Below are positions 14,051 through 27,619 of a stretch of 64,000 nucleotides of DNA, in pieces. The translations under genes and the position numbers were made by a program. Under the pieces are notes generated by a model. It had not been told where the DNA came from, did no database searches, and was given only the letters and a program-made list of their open reading frames with translations. The stretch is from NCBI RefSeq assembly GCF_009914755.1, contig NC_060929.1. One strand, 5' to 3'. The stretch's first letter is position 1; the number at the start of each line of letters is the position of its first letter. The DNA is from the human T2T-CHM13v2.0 reference genome, Homo sapiens.

Positions 14051-14235
14051 TCAACTCACTCCAGCTAGAATGGCTATTAATAAAAAAAACAAAGATAACA
14101 AATATTAGGAAGATGTGGAAAAAGAGAACCCTGGGACACTGTTGGTAGGAATGCGAATGGGTGAAACCACTATGAAAAAAATATGAGTTTCTCAAAAAAT
14201 TGAAAATAGAATGACCATATGATCCAGCAGTCCCC
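14051..14235 (+). mobile_element. L1 ORF2-end fragment, inverted relative to the adjacent L1
   Basis: CTCACTCCAGCTAGAATGGCTAT...ACACTGTTGGTAGGAATG...ACCATATGATCCAGCA. Confidence 0.8.
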
Positions 14236-14912
14236 CCAATTCACTTTTATGTACATAATCATCTCCTTAGTGATTGGAAGATAGTAGGTGAGGACTGTTT
14301 TCTGAGAAATAAAAAGATAGAATTCCATGTCTTGTAGTTTCTAGGATTTAGAATTGAGGATTTTTTCAGAGATGTAATAATTTTTTAGACCCCATTAGCT
14401 CCTAGTTTGTATATCAAAAGTCAACCTTGGTGGCTTAGATCACAGTGTTTTTCATTAGTTTATGTGTTTTTATTTTTTTATGTTCTAAATATAGTGGAAT
14501 ACCAACTTCTCCAAGGCTGAGGAATTTTTGGAAGAAAATGATATGCAAATGTAGGGAAGGCCACAAAACCAAGTGTTGTTAGAGTGTGAAAAAATAATAG
14601 ATGAACGCAGATGGAAAAGGGCCATTTGTTTCCGTTTCTATTTGGGGCAGAAGGAGATGATGATCTCACAGGGTGTTCAGCAACAATCTGGGAAGGCAGA
14701 AAGGGAGGAAGTTAGCACTTCCCAGCCATTCTCAGCACATGAGTGATATAAAGAATCTAGGACTCGTCCTGCATTTTGGGGAAATGTGGCTATAGCTGGT
14801 GGTGGAAGGCAAGCCCACAAGAAGGTTTACAAGGTGGGACAAACAGAGGGGAGTGCCTACAGTTCTATAGCTGAAATCTATAGGATAACTGACCCAGTTT
14901 GGAGATAGGTGG

Positions 14913-15278
14913 TGATATGGTGCGTCTGTGTCCCCACCCAAATCTTATCTCAAATCGTAATCAAAATTGTAATCCCCAAGTGTCAGGGGAGAAACCTGGT
15001 GGGAGGTGATTGGATCATGGAGGCGGTTTCTCCCATGCTATTTTTCATGGTAGTGAGTGAGTTCCCACAAGATCTGATGGTTTTATAAGTGGCAGTTTCT
15101 CCTGTTCTCCTTCTCTCCTCCTGCCTTGTGAAGGAGGTGCCTGCTTCCCCTTCCGCCATGATTGTAAGTTTCCTGAGGCCTCCCAAGACATGTGGAACTG
15201 TGAATCAGTTAAACCTCCTTTGTTTTCAAATGACCCAGTCTCAGTGTCTTTACAGCAGTGGGAAAATTTACTAACACA
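14913..15278 (+). mobile_element. THE1D-like solo LTR
   Basis: TGATATGG...CTAACACA termini, THE1 core, TSD GGTGG/AGTGG. Confidence 0.9.
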
Positions 15279-16538
15279 AGTGGATTATCACTGCTGGGTA
15301 TCCGGTGGAGGCAAATGAACAGGGGAACGACTGGGCCTTGGTCAAACCAAATAAAAACAAAATTCATGTTATAGCAGCTCATGCATTAGCAGCACGCCCA
15401 ATACAATGGCAGGGGATAGGGTCCCACCAATTCACATCACAGACATCAACCAGGGCACATTGGGTAAGCAGGCAACCAATTCTGTCACATAAAGCATTTA
15501 TCTTTACATTAGGTATAGCTTTAACATTCCGACTAAATAAAAAAAATAAGTCCATGGTCAGTATCTGAGCACCTGCTCTCTTGGAAAGAGGTTAAAGGCA
15601 CTTATGTAATATTTAATGCTGCAGTCCTCTCTATTTTGCACTTTTGTATTTGGATAATCCCCCTTCTGAGTAACACATTCTTTTTTTTAGAGGTGTTAAT
15701 AGTTGCAACCAGGTTAACGTCACGTCCTGCTGGCCTGGGAGCCCTCTGCTCTTGAGGTGGCTGCTTAGCTATTATCAGCTCCATGATGGGCTTATCTAAA
15801 AGTTTCACTGTCAGGGGACAGTCTTTAGACACTTATTTTCAAGTCAGCCTCTCCCAGTTTCTCCTTACTTCAGAGTTATTTAAAATGGAAGAGATACTAC
15901 AGAGTTAGTATCTCTTACTATTAGTCATAATAGTCATTACATTATTTTTCTATTGTTTATATACTTAAACTTTTAAAGAATTATTTTCAAAAATGTAAAG
16001 AAAATGTTATGTATTTTTAAGAAAACTTAAGATTTTTTTAATTCCAGGTTTTGCCTTTCATGAACAAATGGGTCAGCAAAACTTATAGACATTTGTCACA
16101 AATAAATAGTGTACAAAATAATGCATAGATTATAGAACTGTTTTGTAGAACTGATGGGACTCAACAGTGTTTTGTTGTTGTTGTTTAATGTGTTTCATTT
16201 TGAAAATCAACAATTTAGTAAAAAGGGCATAGATTAAGGGTCACAAAGTTGTCATTTGGCTTACAGAATTACTCAGGGTTAAAAAAATAATTATTAGCAA
16301 CATTTAACAACCTGAAGATCTTACATAGGAAGCCAGATGTTCTACTTCTTAAAGTCTGATTTTAAATTAATCATTGCAAAACAGCTGCGGCTGTGTAACA
16401 TTAAAAGGAAAGAAAAATATTTCTTCTCTATTGTTAGCCACTGTTACAATAGTAATAGGGAACCCAAAGAGCCATGCATTTTGAGAGAAAAACAACAACA
16501 AAAAAGTATATTTCTTAGTTTAACTGAAGAACATTCCT

Positions 16539-16924
<386 letters not shown>

Positions 16925-17589
16925 TTACCTATCCTGCCTGTTAAGGCATCACAGTATGTGAATCTTGCCATAAATCATGTTTGGCTCTCATAACCCTGTG
17001 TGATCTCACTGACTAGCTCGTAACCTGAGAGTGCTAAGTAGTTCTCAGGACCAACTATGCCAAGGTCAACACGGGAATGCCCAATATGATTGGGATGTGT
17101 CATAGTGAAAGCGGACCATCATAGTTGATAGCAACTTTAAGAAAATGTCACTACAGAAGTTAGTTGTTTTTATTACCAAGACAAATGTCAGAGTAGCTGA
17201 TCCTGAAATGATGAGTTTGTGTTTTGTTAAAAGTGATGTTTTTCTGAACATACATGTCCTTGAAATCTGTAGCTCCTAGATGCCACTGAAATTTAAATAA
17301 TTGAGTCAAGCCTCTGCCACTCTGAAATTCTGTGACCCAAATTTTATTGGAGAGCCAAGTTTTCCATATAACTGAGATGTTACTGTCTGCACTCTGATAC
17401 TAGATGCGTATATAATCTGTACAGCAAAAACATTTATATACACATATTACTGGATCATTCTGCAAAATAATAAGATGACTTTAAGAAAAGAAAGGTTTAA
17501 AGGACTTTTTGCTTTTATGTTTAATAGTTTCATATAGCTTGGCTCATTAAGCACTAGGTATTTTCTAAATGATCATTAAAATTAAAAAA

Positions 17590-18335
17590 ATTAATTGTGG
17601 TAAAATACACCTAAAATAAAACTTACCATTTCATCATTTTTAAATGTACAGTTTGGTAGTATTAAGTACATTCACATTGTTGTGTGAGCATCACCGTCAT
17701 TAATCTCTAGGGCTCTTCTTGCAAAATGAAACACTATACCTATTAAACAGCAACCCCATACAATTCTCTACTGCATACGGTCACTGACAGCCAACTTTCT
17801 ACTTTCTGTCTATATGATTCTGATGACTCTAGCTACCTCATACATGTGTAATCATTCAGTATTTGTCTTTTTGTGACTGATTTATTTCATTTAGTACAAT
17901 GTCTTTAGGTTTCACTCATATTCCAACTTGTGTCAAAATTCTTGTCCTTTTTAAGACTGATGAATATTCCACTGTGTGTGTGTGTGTGTATACACACACA
18001 CACACACACACACACACCCCGTAATTGTTTATCCATTCATTGACTGTGTGACACCTGGGGATCCTTCCATCTTTTGGCTGTCGTAAACAATGCTGTTATG
18101 AACATGGGTGCACAATTCTCTCTTTGAGACTCTGCATTTCATTTTTTTAAAATATATCCCCAGAAGTGAAATTTGTGGTTCATAGAGTAATTCTAGTGTT
18201 CATTTTTTTAGATATTTCCATTCCATTTTTTCACAGTGGCTGCACCCTTTTAATTTCCTACCAACAGTAGAGTTTCCCATCCCTCTGCATCCTCTCTAAC
18301 ATTTGTCATTTCCTATTTATTATAGTAGGTGTATG
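17590..18335 (-). mobile_element. L1MB (MB3-like) 3' end
   Basis: ATTGTGGTAAAATACAC...TTAAGTACATTCACATTGTTG...AACAATGCTGTTATGAACATGGGTG. Confidence 0.85.
17973..18016. repeat. (TG)8 TATA (CA)12 compound microsatellite
   Basis: Read directly. Confidence 0.95.
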
Positions 18336-19089
18336 ATTTAATGTAATTCTTCCTCTTATGCTATCAAATTGAAGACTCATAATTCACATTGGGTTAAATA
18401 ATGCTTAATATATCATCTCTATTCTTTTTCTTTCCATGTACTTCAACTCTGTTAATACTCAGTTCTGCTAGACTCAAATATAATACATCATTAAGCTCAT
18501 GAATGACCAGAAAATATAAATTGCAGTATTTACTGGTAGGATCTTTATTTTTAACTCTTGTGAATTATATTTGCCTCTTTATTTCCTAGACACTAGTTTT
18601 GATGGTAGACTAGATATAATTCTAATTATTCCAGAGAACTAAACAGGGTCAGCTATAGTTCCTTAGAATACCAAACATGAGTATTTTTTCATCCATGCAT
18701 ATCCATATCTAACAAAATATGGAGAAGGTATTTTTTGTTTAAAAGGCTAATATAATGACACAGTTTTGGAAACTTAAGATAATGGATCCACTGTATTCTT
18801 GCATGCTAACTAGTTTTCTGATTCTTTTTTTCTAATTTTAAAATTACACATATTTTGAAATTTGAAACCTTTTAATGTATGTACAGGTTTAAATTGAATG
18901 CAGACAAACAATTACATGAATAATAAGTCTATTTTAGAAATCCAAATATACACTTTCAAATAGCCTACAATTCCTCCAGCTTTCCAACAGTCTCAAGACA
19001 CCTTTTTTTCTTGTATAATTTATGCTTTGCCATCATATTTTATTTTATTTTTTTTCTCTCTCTTTCTCTTTTTCAATATCTCAAATGGA

Positions 19090-19671
19090 TTAGAAAAGTG
19101 ATTCCTGGCTCCTGGTATCATATTCTTAGTGCCTTCCAGCCAGGGACAACCAGGAACACACTTACAGTTGAAATAGTTGTTTTATTAATCAGTGCAGTAA
19201 GAAAGAATGTCCAGCATGCGGAACCCTGAAACAGCTCTGTAAGAGGGTGTTAGCAAACTAAGAGCATTTGCTTTACGTGATTTTGGGGTTAACAAAGTGG
19301 GGCTTTGCTTTGGACTTAGAGTGGGAGAAACTGAGTGTGAGAGTAGTTATATGATTGCATTTTTAAATAAATCTTACCAAGAAGGAGAGATGACAAGGTT
19401 GAAGCTCCAGGTTTATTTGGGAAGGAAACAGCAGACACTTATATTAGCCGATGTAGAGAAATGTTTGCTATTTTGTGGCTTAGACAATTGTCAAGTTTTG
19501 TCTGTGTTTAGACATGAATATGAAGTGGCCTTGTTTTTGTCTTATTTACTACAGTCCCGCAATGGCCTTGTCTGATGTTGATTCTTTCTCAAATTGTTTG
19601 CATTCAGCATAACGACAAGACCTAACTGGGTTCCTGCTCCAAGCTAACAGGGGCTGCTCTTATCTTTCTTG
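19090..19671 (-). mobile_element. MER76-like ERVL LTR
   Basis: Reverse complement starts ...AAGAAAGATAAGAGCAGCCCCTG; internal GGCCTTGTCTGATG and GGCCTTGTTTTTGTCTT motifs. Confidence 0.7.
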
Positions 19672-19699
19672 TAGACACGTGAATTCAATTTAAAGACAT

Positions 19700-19850
19700 G
19701 ATTTATTGATTTCTGCACCTCTGTTTTCTCACCAGTACAGTAATAATATCTGATGGTTTGTTTTGAGTATTAAATTGATTAGGAAATATCACAAAATTAG
19801 CATTGCAACTAGGGCATAGTAAGAATTCAATAAATGCTACTTACTACATA
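19700..19850 (+). mobile_element. MIR 3' part
   Basis: CCTCTGTTTTCTCACC...GGCATAGTAAGAATTCAATAAATGCTA. Confidence 0.6.
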
Positions 19851-20529
19851 ATATTGGATGTTTGACAATCACTATTGTTTCTCATAGTGTGCCAATTTAT
19901 CGAACTAATAAATCAAAAAAATGATTGAATGAGAGAAATAAGGTAAGTCCTGGTTATAGGAATCAACTGATGATCTGATTTTTGAAGCATACGATTTCAC
20001 TTGTTTCAAGGAAAATCCATAATTTTCTCAAATATACTTTTGGAAAATCAGGACACGTTTTAGGTGAAAGGGGCACGTTCTGTGAAAAATATAATAGATT
20101 CAAATGAGAGTCAAAAATATGCACTACTTTCTGAGCTTTGCTTAGAAACATGCATGTCGTTACAATTTTATTTGGGGAGCTAGAGAATAAAATACATTGT
20201 GAAGGAATAATTGAGTTTAGTTAATCAGGCTGCAATTGCCAACAATATTATACAAAAGAATAATTTCTTGTGTTCATAAATTTTGCTCTTGTCTGAGAAA
20301 TTCTGTGTAGTCTGGAGAATGTGTGTTGAAGGTGATTTGTTCTTTTTATATAAAATTGAATCTTTCTTTGTCCGTTTTATATAAAATATCTAGACATTTA
20401 AACGCATAATCTTCACTCACCTGCTTAATTACTATGTTGTTATTGTCTTTAGACAATGAGGCTGTTTAACCCAAAATTTATAAATGCATTATTCATGGAC
20501 AATTGAAAATATGTATCATGTTTCATTAA

Positions 20530-20845
<316 letters not shown>

Positions 20846-21487
20846 ACAATTACATTTTTATGGTATTTCTCTGGCATAAGTAATTCAGTAAAACCATTTT
20901 TAATCTGGGAAAGCCATCACCAACTGGAATCTAATTAATACATTACAGAAAAAAATGTAATCCAAGTCTTAGAATAGATTTCAATGTTTTTTAGTATTCT
21001 CAGTAACAAATGTCTAAATAATAAAACGTTATAATGAATATTCATAACTTGCTTTATGACATGAAAAATAAACAAGACAGAGAGGTTGAGAAACGTAATA
21101 AAGATGTTAGTGTAATAATTACAAAATTTGAATTTTTCGACTCCACATGCACAGAAAAAAATTTGCAACGACCAGGACTTGTACATTTGATATTGAAAAA
21201 AGAATACCTTCAAGATTAATATTGTCCTTTTACTTTACCCGAAATTAAGTCTCATGATTTTCATATAATATTTAGTTTCTAGCTCCTCACCTTTCCTTGC
21301 GATCTGAAACCCAGTAACCTCCATGAAGTGCTTCTTCTCAGCATATGTCTGGTGAATTACTGTAGAATTTCTACTGACATTTCTGCCTTACCTGTTCCAC
21401 TTTTCCTCCACTGGAAACCTCTGTATTCTACAAATGATCCATCATTTGCTGAGCCTCACATTCACATTTTGCTGGGTACATTTCTGT

Positions 21488-21489
21488 TT

Positions 21490-21533
<44 letters not shown>

Positions 21534-21545
21534 TCCTTCTCTTTC
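21488..21545. repeat. (TTTC)n tetranucleotide STR
   Basis: Read directly. Confidence 0.95.
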
Positions 21546-21624
21546 TTTTTTAATTTTCTGCTAGGTACTGTTTTATTTTTTTGCAAGGAACTCTTACAGA
21601 TGTAAACAGATAAAATTAGTTCAC

Positions 21625-21760
21625 AGCTGTGTGTGGTGGCTCATGCTTTTAATTCCAGGTCTTTGGAAGGCCTAGGCAGGAGAATCACTAGAGTTCAGGA
21701 GTTCAAAACCAGCTTGGGCAACAAAGGGAGACCCCATTCCCCCAGCAAAATAATAATAAT
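21625..21760 (+). mobile_element. Alu monomer (FLAM or AluJ left arm)
   Basis: GTGGCTCATGC...CAGGAGTTCAAAACCAGCTTGGGCAAC...GAGACCCC with short A tail. Confidence 0.8.
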
Positions 21761-22032
21761 TCACAACAAGTGAATTGTAACTATCATTCTCCATTTACTT
21801 GTTAAAAATGGAAACTGAGTAACTGATATAAATCTTTAATTATAATCAATCTTTCTTATCAAAAGTTTAGAGGAAATGCTGTAAACTAGTTTCTGGCCAG
21901 GAATTCTTCCAAATCAAGATTGAAGACACGTTGGTCATCCCCAGCAATGGAAAGTAGAGAATCTACAAAGTAATATCACAATAGCTTTGCATCCCTTCTT
22001 GTGAACTCCGTTTCTTTCCCGGTAATTTCTAA

Positions 22033-22097
22033 TTCTATTCCAATGGCCTGGAACTTCAGCTTGGAACAGTTCTATTCCAATGGCCTAGAACTTCAGC
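22033..22097. repeat. 28-bp direct duplication with a 9-bp inverted spacer
   Basis: TTCTATTCCAATGGCCT(G/A)GAACTTCAGC at 22033-22060 and 22070-22097. Confidence 0.9.
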
Positions 22098-23544
22098 ATT
22101 CCCACATCTTCTTTTCTCAGCAATATTTCTTTCTTCTTTTAAGGTTTGAATCTTGCTTTTCCCTAATTCAGCACTCAGTAGATGATCACTGATGCTATTA
22201 TAGATTAGAGCACCCCTGGCTGAAGGTGACATCTGCCATCCCAGAGGATGGTAAAACTTGTTCTATCATCCTAAGCTCCTTTAATCTATTATTTAAAGTT
22301 TATTTTAAAAACGATATGCCTAATCTTCCTCAATGGCTGTACATTGTACAGAATTTTTTTTTCAGTTTCTGGTGGAATATAGCCTCCTCTCAACAGCAAT
22401 ATAATACGGAAATAATTCATTATGCCATCTTAGTTTTTATGAGGAAATCCAAGGTTATTTATGGAAATAATGAGTCATTAAAGAAATACTAATAGTGGGA
22501 AAAAATCTATTAATTTGTTTGATATATTAATTCTTTTTGATGAAATAGTTCTAGTATATACGTATACATAATCAAAAAAGTTTAGATAGCTTAAACACAC
22601 AAAATAATAAGTTGATTATCAATTGCAGTTCAAAATCCCAAAGGGATAAAATCTAAGGAGAAAATGATAAGGTTTATCTCACTTATAGGGTTGAAAGTTT
22701 CAAGAAAATGACCACCTTAAATTTGATTACAAGCTGCATAATATGCAGGTTTGGAAAATAAGCTTTAAAGTTTGGTTTACCGGCAATTAGTGTCAAGCTT
22801 AGATACAGATGGTATGTTGTTAATCTGTTAAAGTTGGGGCTGTCTTTCAAGAATTAAAACAAATCAACAAAGTTGATTGCTATATAATTGAATATCCACA
22901 ATTTCATTTTGCTCTAAATGTATTTACGATAGCTAATGCTTATTGATAAATTTGTTAACAGCCCATGACTTTGAGCCTCTGAAGTTATTTGAAGGGCACA
23001 ACACCATCTGACAGTCTTGCAAAAGATTGAGGGCGACTTTACTGGAATGAATACCGCATTTTAGCCTAAAATAAATTGCTTACAGTGTTTCAGTTTCTTT
23101 AGGCATGAAGAACTGAGGTTATTTCCAGAAAACCTAAATTTAGTTAATAAGTCAATGCTACCATGCTGCCTGATCCCCATTTCCTCCTGAAATCATCACT
23201 TAACAAGTAAACCTAATCACCTAATTTTGGTTAATCACCAAAAATTCACTTATCAATGAGTTTTCACTTTCAATATAAACTCTATGTAGTACATAATGGT
23301 ACATTTAATAATATAGAATTTTTTGAGGTTTCTAAAAATCAATTCAATACTGCTATTTGCAAATCTTTTTATGGCATAAACTCTACCCATGAAATAAGTA
23401 ATTGCTTACTAGTTATTCAGACAATTTAATAAAAACTGCATAGTATGTTGAGGTATTTACTATATTAAATATGTCATAGTTTTATAAGTTTTATGTTAAG
23501 AGAATTTACTCTCTGCCCCCAAAAAACCATTTTTTGTAACATAA

Positions 23545-23860
23545 AGCAAAGCTGAAATTATTTTAAGTTTATTTATGGCTCAAATTATGACTGGTTGAGT
23601 GGAATAGATTGGCAGGACTGCCCTTCTCCACGTGGTTATTCAGGGATTCATACTGACAGAAGTGGCCGGAAAATTAGTCTCGTGCTCATGTCTTTTTTAC
23701 TCCAACAAGATAGAAGAAGAAATGAGTGCAAGTGAGAGGTTATGAACCAGGTCTTGAAGTGGAGTTCATCATTTGGGATGACTGTGGCTGGAATGTAGGC
23801 TAGCTGTGTATCCAATAAGAACGGGAGATCATACATTTTGGATAGTAGCCACCAGTCTCT
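23545..23860 (-). mobile_element. Old MLT1 (J/K/L-like) LTR remnant
   Basis: AAGTTTATTTATGGCTCA...CTCCACGTGGTTATTCAGGGATTCA...CTGAC pattern. Confidence 0.45.
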
Positions 23861-24460
23861 TTCACAAGTACTTTCTGTTAATTATCTCATTTCATCCTTT
23901 GACAAACCTACTATATTTCTGATATATTAAGAAATAAATTTAAAGATAGAGAAATTATATTACTTGATCACCTTATACACTGATGGAGCTGAAGCCTGGG
24001 TCTTTCTGCCATGCGATACCTCTGTTCTATGTGACTCTAATATTCTTCAGTAACATTATTGTTATTTGAATTTTTGCATTATTATTTGGAAAAACAGCAA
24101 TGCAATGGTGCATGAATATAAGAGTTTCTATTTCTGATTGTGAATATGCTACCTATTCAATTTTGCTTAACCTATGTCTGTATGAATATCTACCAATGAT
24201 ATAACCTCACACATTTCAAATTATTTAAGTTAAAGATTTGGAAGGAATAAACAGAGCCAAAAAAAAAAAACAAAAACAAAAACAATAAAAAAGATTTGAT
24301 TTTGCTTCGTTCTCATCGTAATGTATCCATTCCCTTTATTTGAGAATGTTTCTTATTTAATAATCTTAGTATTTTAAACTATGACTTAACAAAATATGAG
24401 AGAAATGTCATGTCATAGTTATCTGAGGTCAGTGGACAGATTTTCTTTCTCTCTATAGCC

Positions 24461-24780
24461 ATTCATTAATTTGTTCATTCAACAAATGTTTATGTAGCCC
24501 CTATTATGCAACATTCATTTTTGTGACAGAGGGGATAGTATAGCACAAAAAGTAGAAATATCTGCCTTCAATGACCATCTATACTAGTAGAAAATACAGA
24601 TAATAAATAAATAAATGCTAGATGTATAATTTAATATCATGCAAGGGATCTGTTGAAAAAGTAAATGAAGAAAAGTAAGAATTCAATATCTCTACTAAAA
24701 ATACACAACTTTAGATACAGTCATCACTGAAATCCTTTAAGTTTGTCATTTGAGCAGAAACCTGAATGAAATATTGATCG
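24461..24780 (-). mobile_element. L2 3' end
   Basis: TTCATTCAACAAATGTTTAT...CCTATTATG...CTGCCTTCAATGA...CATTTGAGCAGAAACCTGAATGA. Confidence 0.7.
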
Positions 24781-25401
24781 ATGGGAACTACTAGCATTTT
24801 ACTAGTATTTAATTGAAGCTTTCTCCAGTGGAAAGTAGGCAGTTATGGAGCTTGGCTGAGTTTTGTGATAAATTACAGACTGGATGAATTATAGGAAGCA
24901 GATTTGCAACAAGGGGTGAATCTAACTAATGAAAAGGTTAATGGAGTTTGTTGATGTACACACAGGTGATGTTTACTGTGTTTCTTAACTTGAGGCAAGT
25001 ACATTTGCAGGGGATTAAATTTAACCTATGACTTAACTTACATGTTCGGCAAGGGATACTGTGCATGGATATCTTTAACTAATCAAATAATTAAGAATTT
25101 CATTGTTATTTGTGACATAGATAAACTAGGACATACCTATGTTTCCAAGAGTTCTGCCTTTTCACATATAATATTACACTCTATAAACCACAAGTTTGAT
25201 AACAGTATTTTTGTAATTATTAGTAGCTCATTTCTTACATTATACAGCATTATATCATAAAAAGACTATTGAGCTCATTTAACAAATACAACATGGTCAT
25301 ACTACTACTTACGATATGTATGACAAATAATGTAACTAAGCTTATGGAAATTTGCATTTGTTTAATATCTCTGCATAAAGACAAAGATACAAATATTATG
25401 T

Positions 25402-25406
<5 letters not shown>

Positions 25407-25462
<56 letters not shown>

Positions 25463-25473
25463 CCTATATATAT
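25407..25473. repeat. (CT)n(AT)n compound microsatellite
   Basis: Read directly. Confidence 0.95.
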
Positions 25474-26281
25474 TTGAGGGCTCTCTGATTTCTGTTTATG
25501 AGAATTAAGTTAACCTGGTGAGAAGTACCAGCTAGCATGAGGATCAATTGATTTTATGTTAAATCCATTTTATCAGTTGGAGAAATTCAAGATTAATGTT
25601 GGAGAAACAGTATAAAGCTCTAGTTTTTCAGGCTGTAGAATATAAAATCATCAGACAAAACCTAAAAAGGCAAGATATTAGATGTAAGAAATGTCTTAAA
25701 ATGAATGTGAAGTGAATTGAAAAGAGCCATGAATAAAGCAAAAACCACTAGGAATTCAATTTTGTTGGCTATTTCTGACATTCACAAGTAGACGTACCAG
25801 AAGAAATAAAATCTAAGAAGAGTTTATCTTTTACACAGGTTATTTCCAGCATCTGGCAGTTCATAGCACAAAGTAAACTTCTGCATATGTTTGTCAGAAT
25901 AAACTAAATCGTCTTGTTAATATACTATTGACACTAATTTTCTTAAGAATGTAGTAAAAAAGTAAATCGTTCATTAAAAAAAGGAAAAAATAGAGAATGG
26001 TTAAGACTGTGAAGTTGTGACTGAGGAAGATATTTAGATTTTATAAGATAAGGAACGATTTTAGTTCATTCAGTCATTACAATAGTTCAACTGCATGCAT
26101 ATATTAAAATATTATTATTATGAACATTTAAAAATGTACACAAAAATAAAACAGCAAACAGTTTAATGTATTTAGCTCCCAGCTTCAAGAATAATCAACA
26201 TATTCTCCAAATTTGTTTCATATTCTTCTCCATTTTTTTCATCTTGGACTAGATGTTTAAAGAAAATCCTAGATGTCATGC

Positions 26282-27298
26282 TGATATGGTTTTAATGTGT
26301 CCCTATCCAAATCTCATCTTGAATTCCCACATGTTGTGGGAGGGACCCAGTGGGGGGTACTTGAATCATGGGGGCAAGTCTTTCCCATGCTGTTCTCATG
26401 ACACTGAATAAGTCTCATGAGATCTGATGGTTTTATAAAGATGAGTTCCCCTGCACAAGTTTCCTCTCTTCGCCTGCCGCCATTAATGTAAGATGTGACT
26501 TGCTCCTCCTTGCCTTCTGCCATGATAGTGAGGCTTCCCAGCCATGTGGAACTGTAAGTCCAATTAACTTTCTTTCTTTTGGAAATTGCCCAGTCTCAGG
26601 TATGTCTTTATCAGCAGTGTGAGAACAGATTAATACAGCAAATTGGTACTAGTAGAGTGGGGTGTTGCTTAAAAGATACTTGGAAATGTGGAAGCAATTT
26701 TGGACCTGGGTAACAGATAGAGGGTGAAACAGTTGGGAGGGCTCAGAAGAAGACAAGGAAATCTGGGAAAGTTTGAAACTCCCTAGAGACTTGTTGAATG
26801 GCTTTGCCCCAACCTGCTTACAATGATATGGACAATGAATCCAGGCTGAGGTGATATCAGATGGAGATGAGAAACTTGTTGGGAACTGGAGCAAAGATGA
26901 CTCTTGTTATGTTTTAGCAAAGAGACTGATGGCATTTTGCCCCTGCCCTAGAGATCTGTGGAACTTTGAACTTGAGAGAGATGATTTAGGGTATTTGGTG
27001 AAAGAAATTTCTAAGCAGCAAAGTGTTCAAGAGGTGACTTGAGTGCTGTTAAAAGCATTCAGTTTTATAAGGGAAGAAGGACATACAAGTTCAGAAAATG
27101 TGCAGCCTGGAAATGTGATAAAAAAGAAAAACTCATTTTCTGAAGAGAAATTAAAGCCAGCTGCAGAGATTTGCATAAGTAAGGAGGAGCCAAATTTTAA
27201 TTCCCAAGAATATGGGAAAAGTGTCTCCAGGGCATGCCAGAGGTCTTCATGGCAGAACCTCCCATCACAGGTCCAGGGGCCTAGGAGAAAATAGTTTC
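26282..27298 (+). mobile_element. THE1B 5' LTR (26282-26637) plus about 660 bp of THE1 internal sequence, 3'-truncated
   Basis: TGATATGG...TAATACA then AAATTGGTACTAGTAGAGTGGGG internal start; internal sequence stops at CCTAGGAGAAAATAG with no 3' LTR. Confidence 0.92.
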
Positions 27299-27619
27299 AA
27301 TATTTACTATGGTTTAAATATTTTATATTTTACATTTTCAAATATTGCAGTTTTATTATTTATTTTAAATTTTGCCATCATTATCACACAGAAGGAAATT
27401 TGCAACATTTTCTTACTGCCATCTGTAACCCAAAATAAACGTGCCAATTTATTTCAAAATTCATTTTTTACAATCCATTGGTTTAAATCATGATCCATAA
27501 GTCACACATTGCAATTGATTGTTGTCTTGTAAGTCTTTTATAATCTATAACAACTTCGTTTATCTATGTTTATTTTGTTATGAATTCATTATTTGTCTTT
27601 TCGAAAAAACAGATCATTT

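Noticed and set aside
15712-15730. CRE-like ACGTCACGT motif
   Set aside because: Single short motif with no promoter or CpG-island context
22033-22097. Repeat-spacer-repeat as a mini CRISPR array
   Set aside because: Only two copies, a 9-bp spacer, primate context and no cas genes
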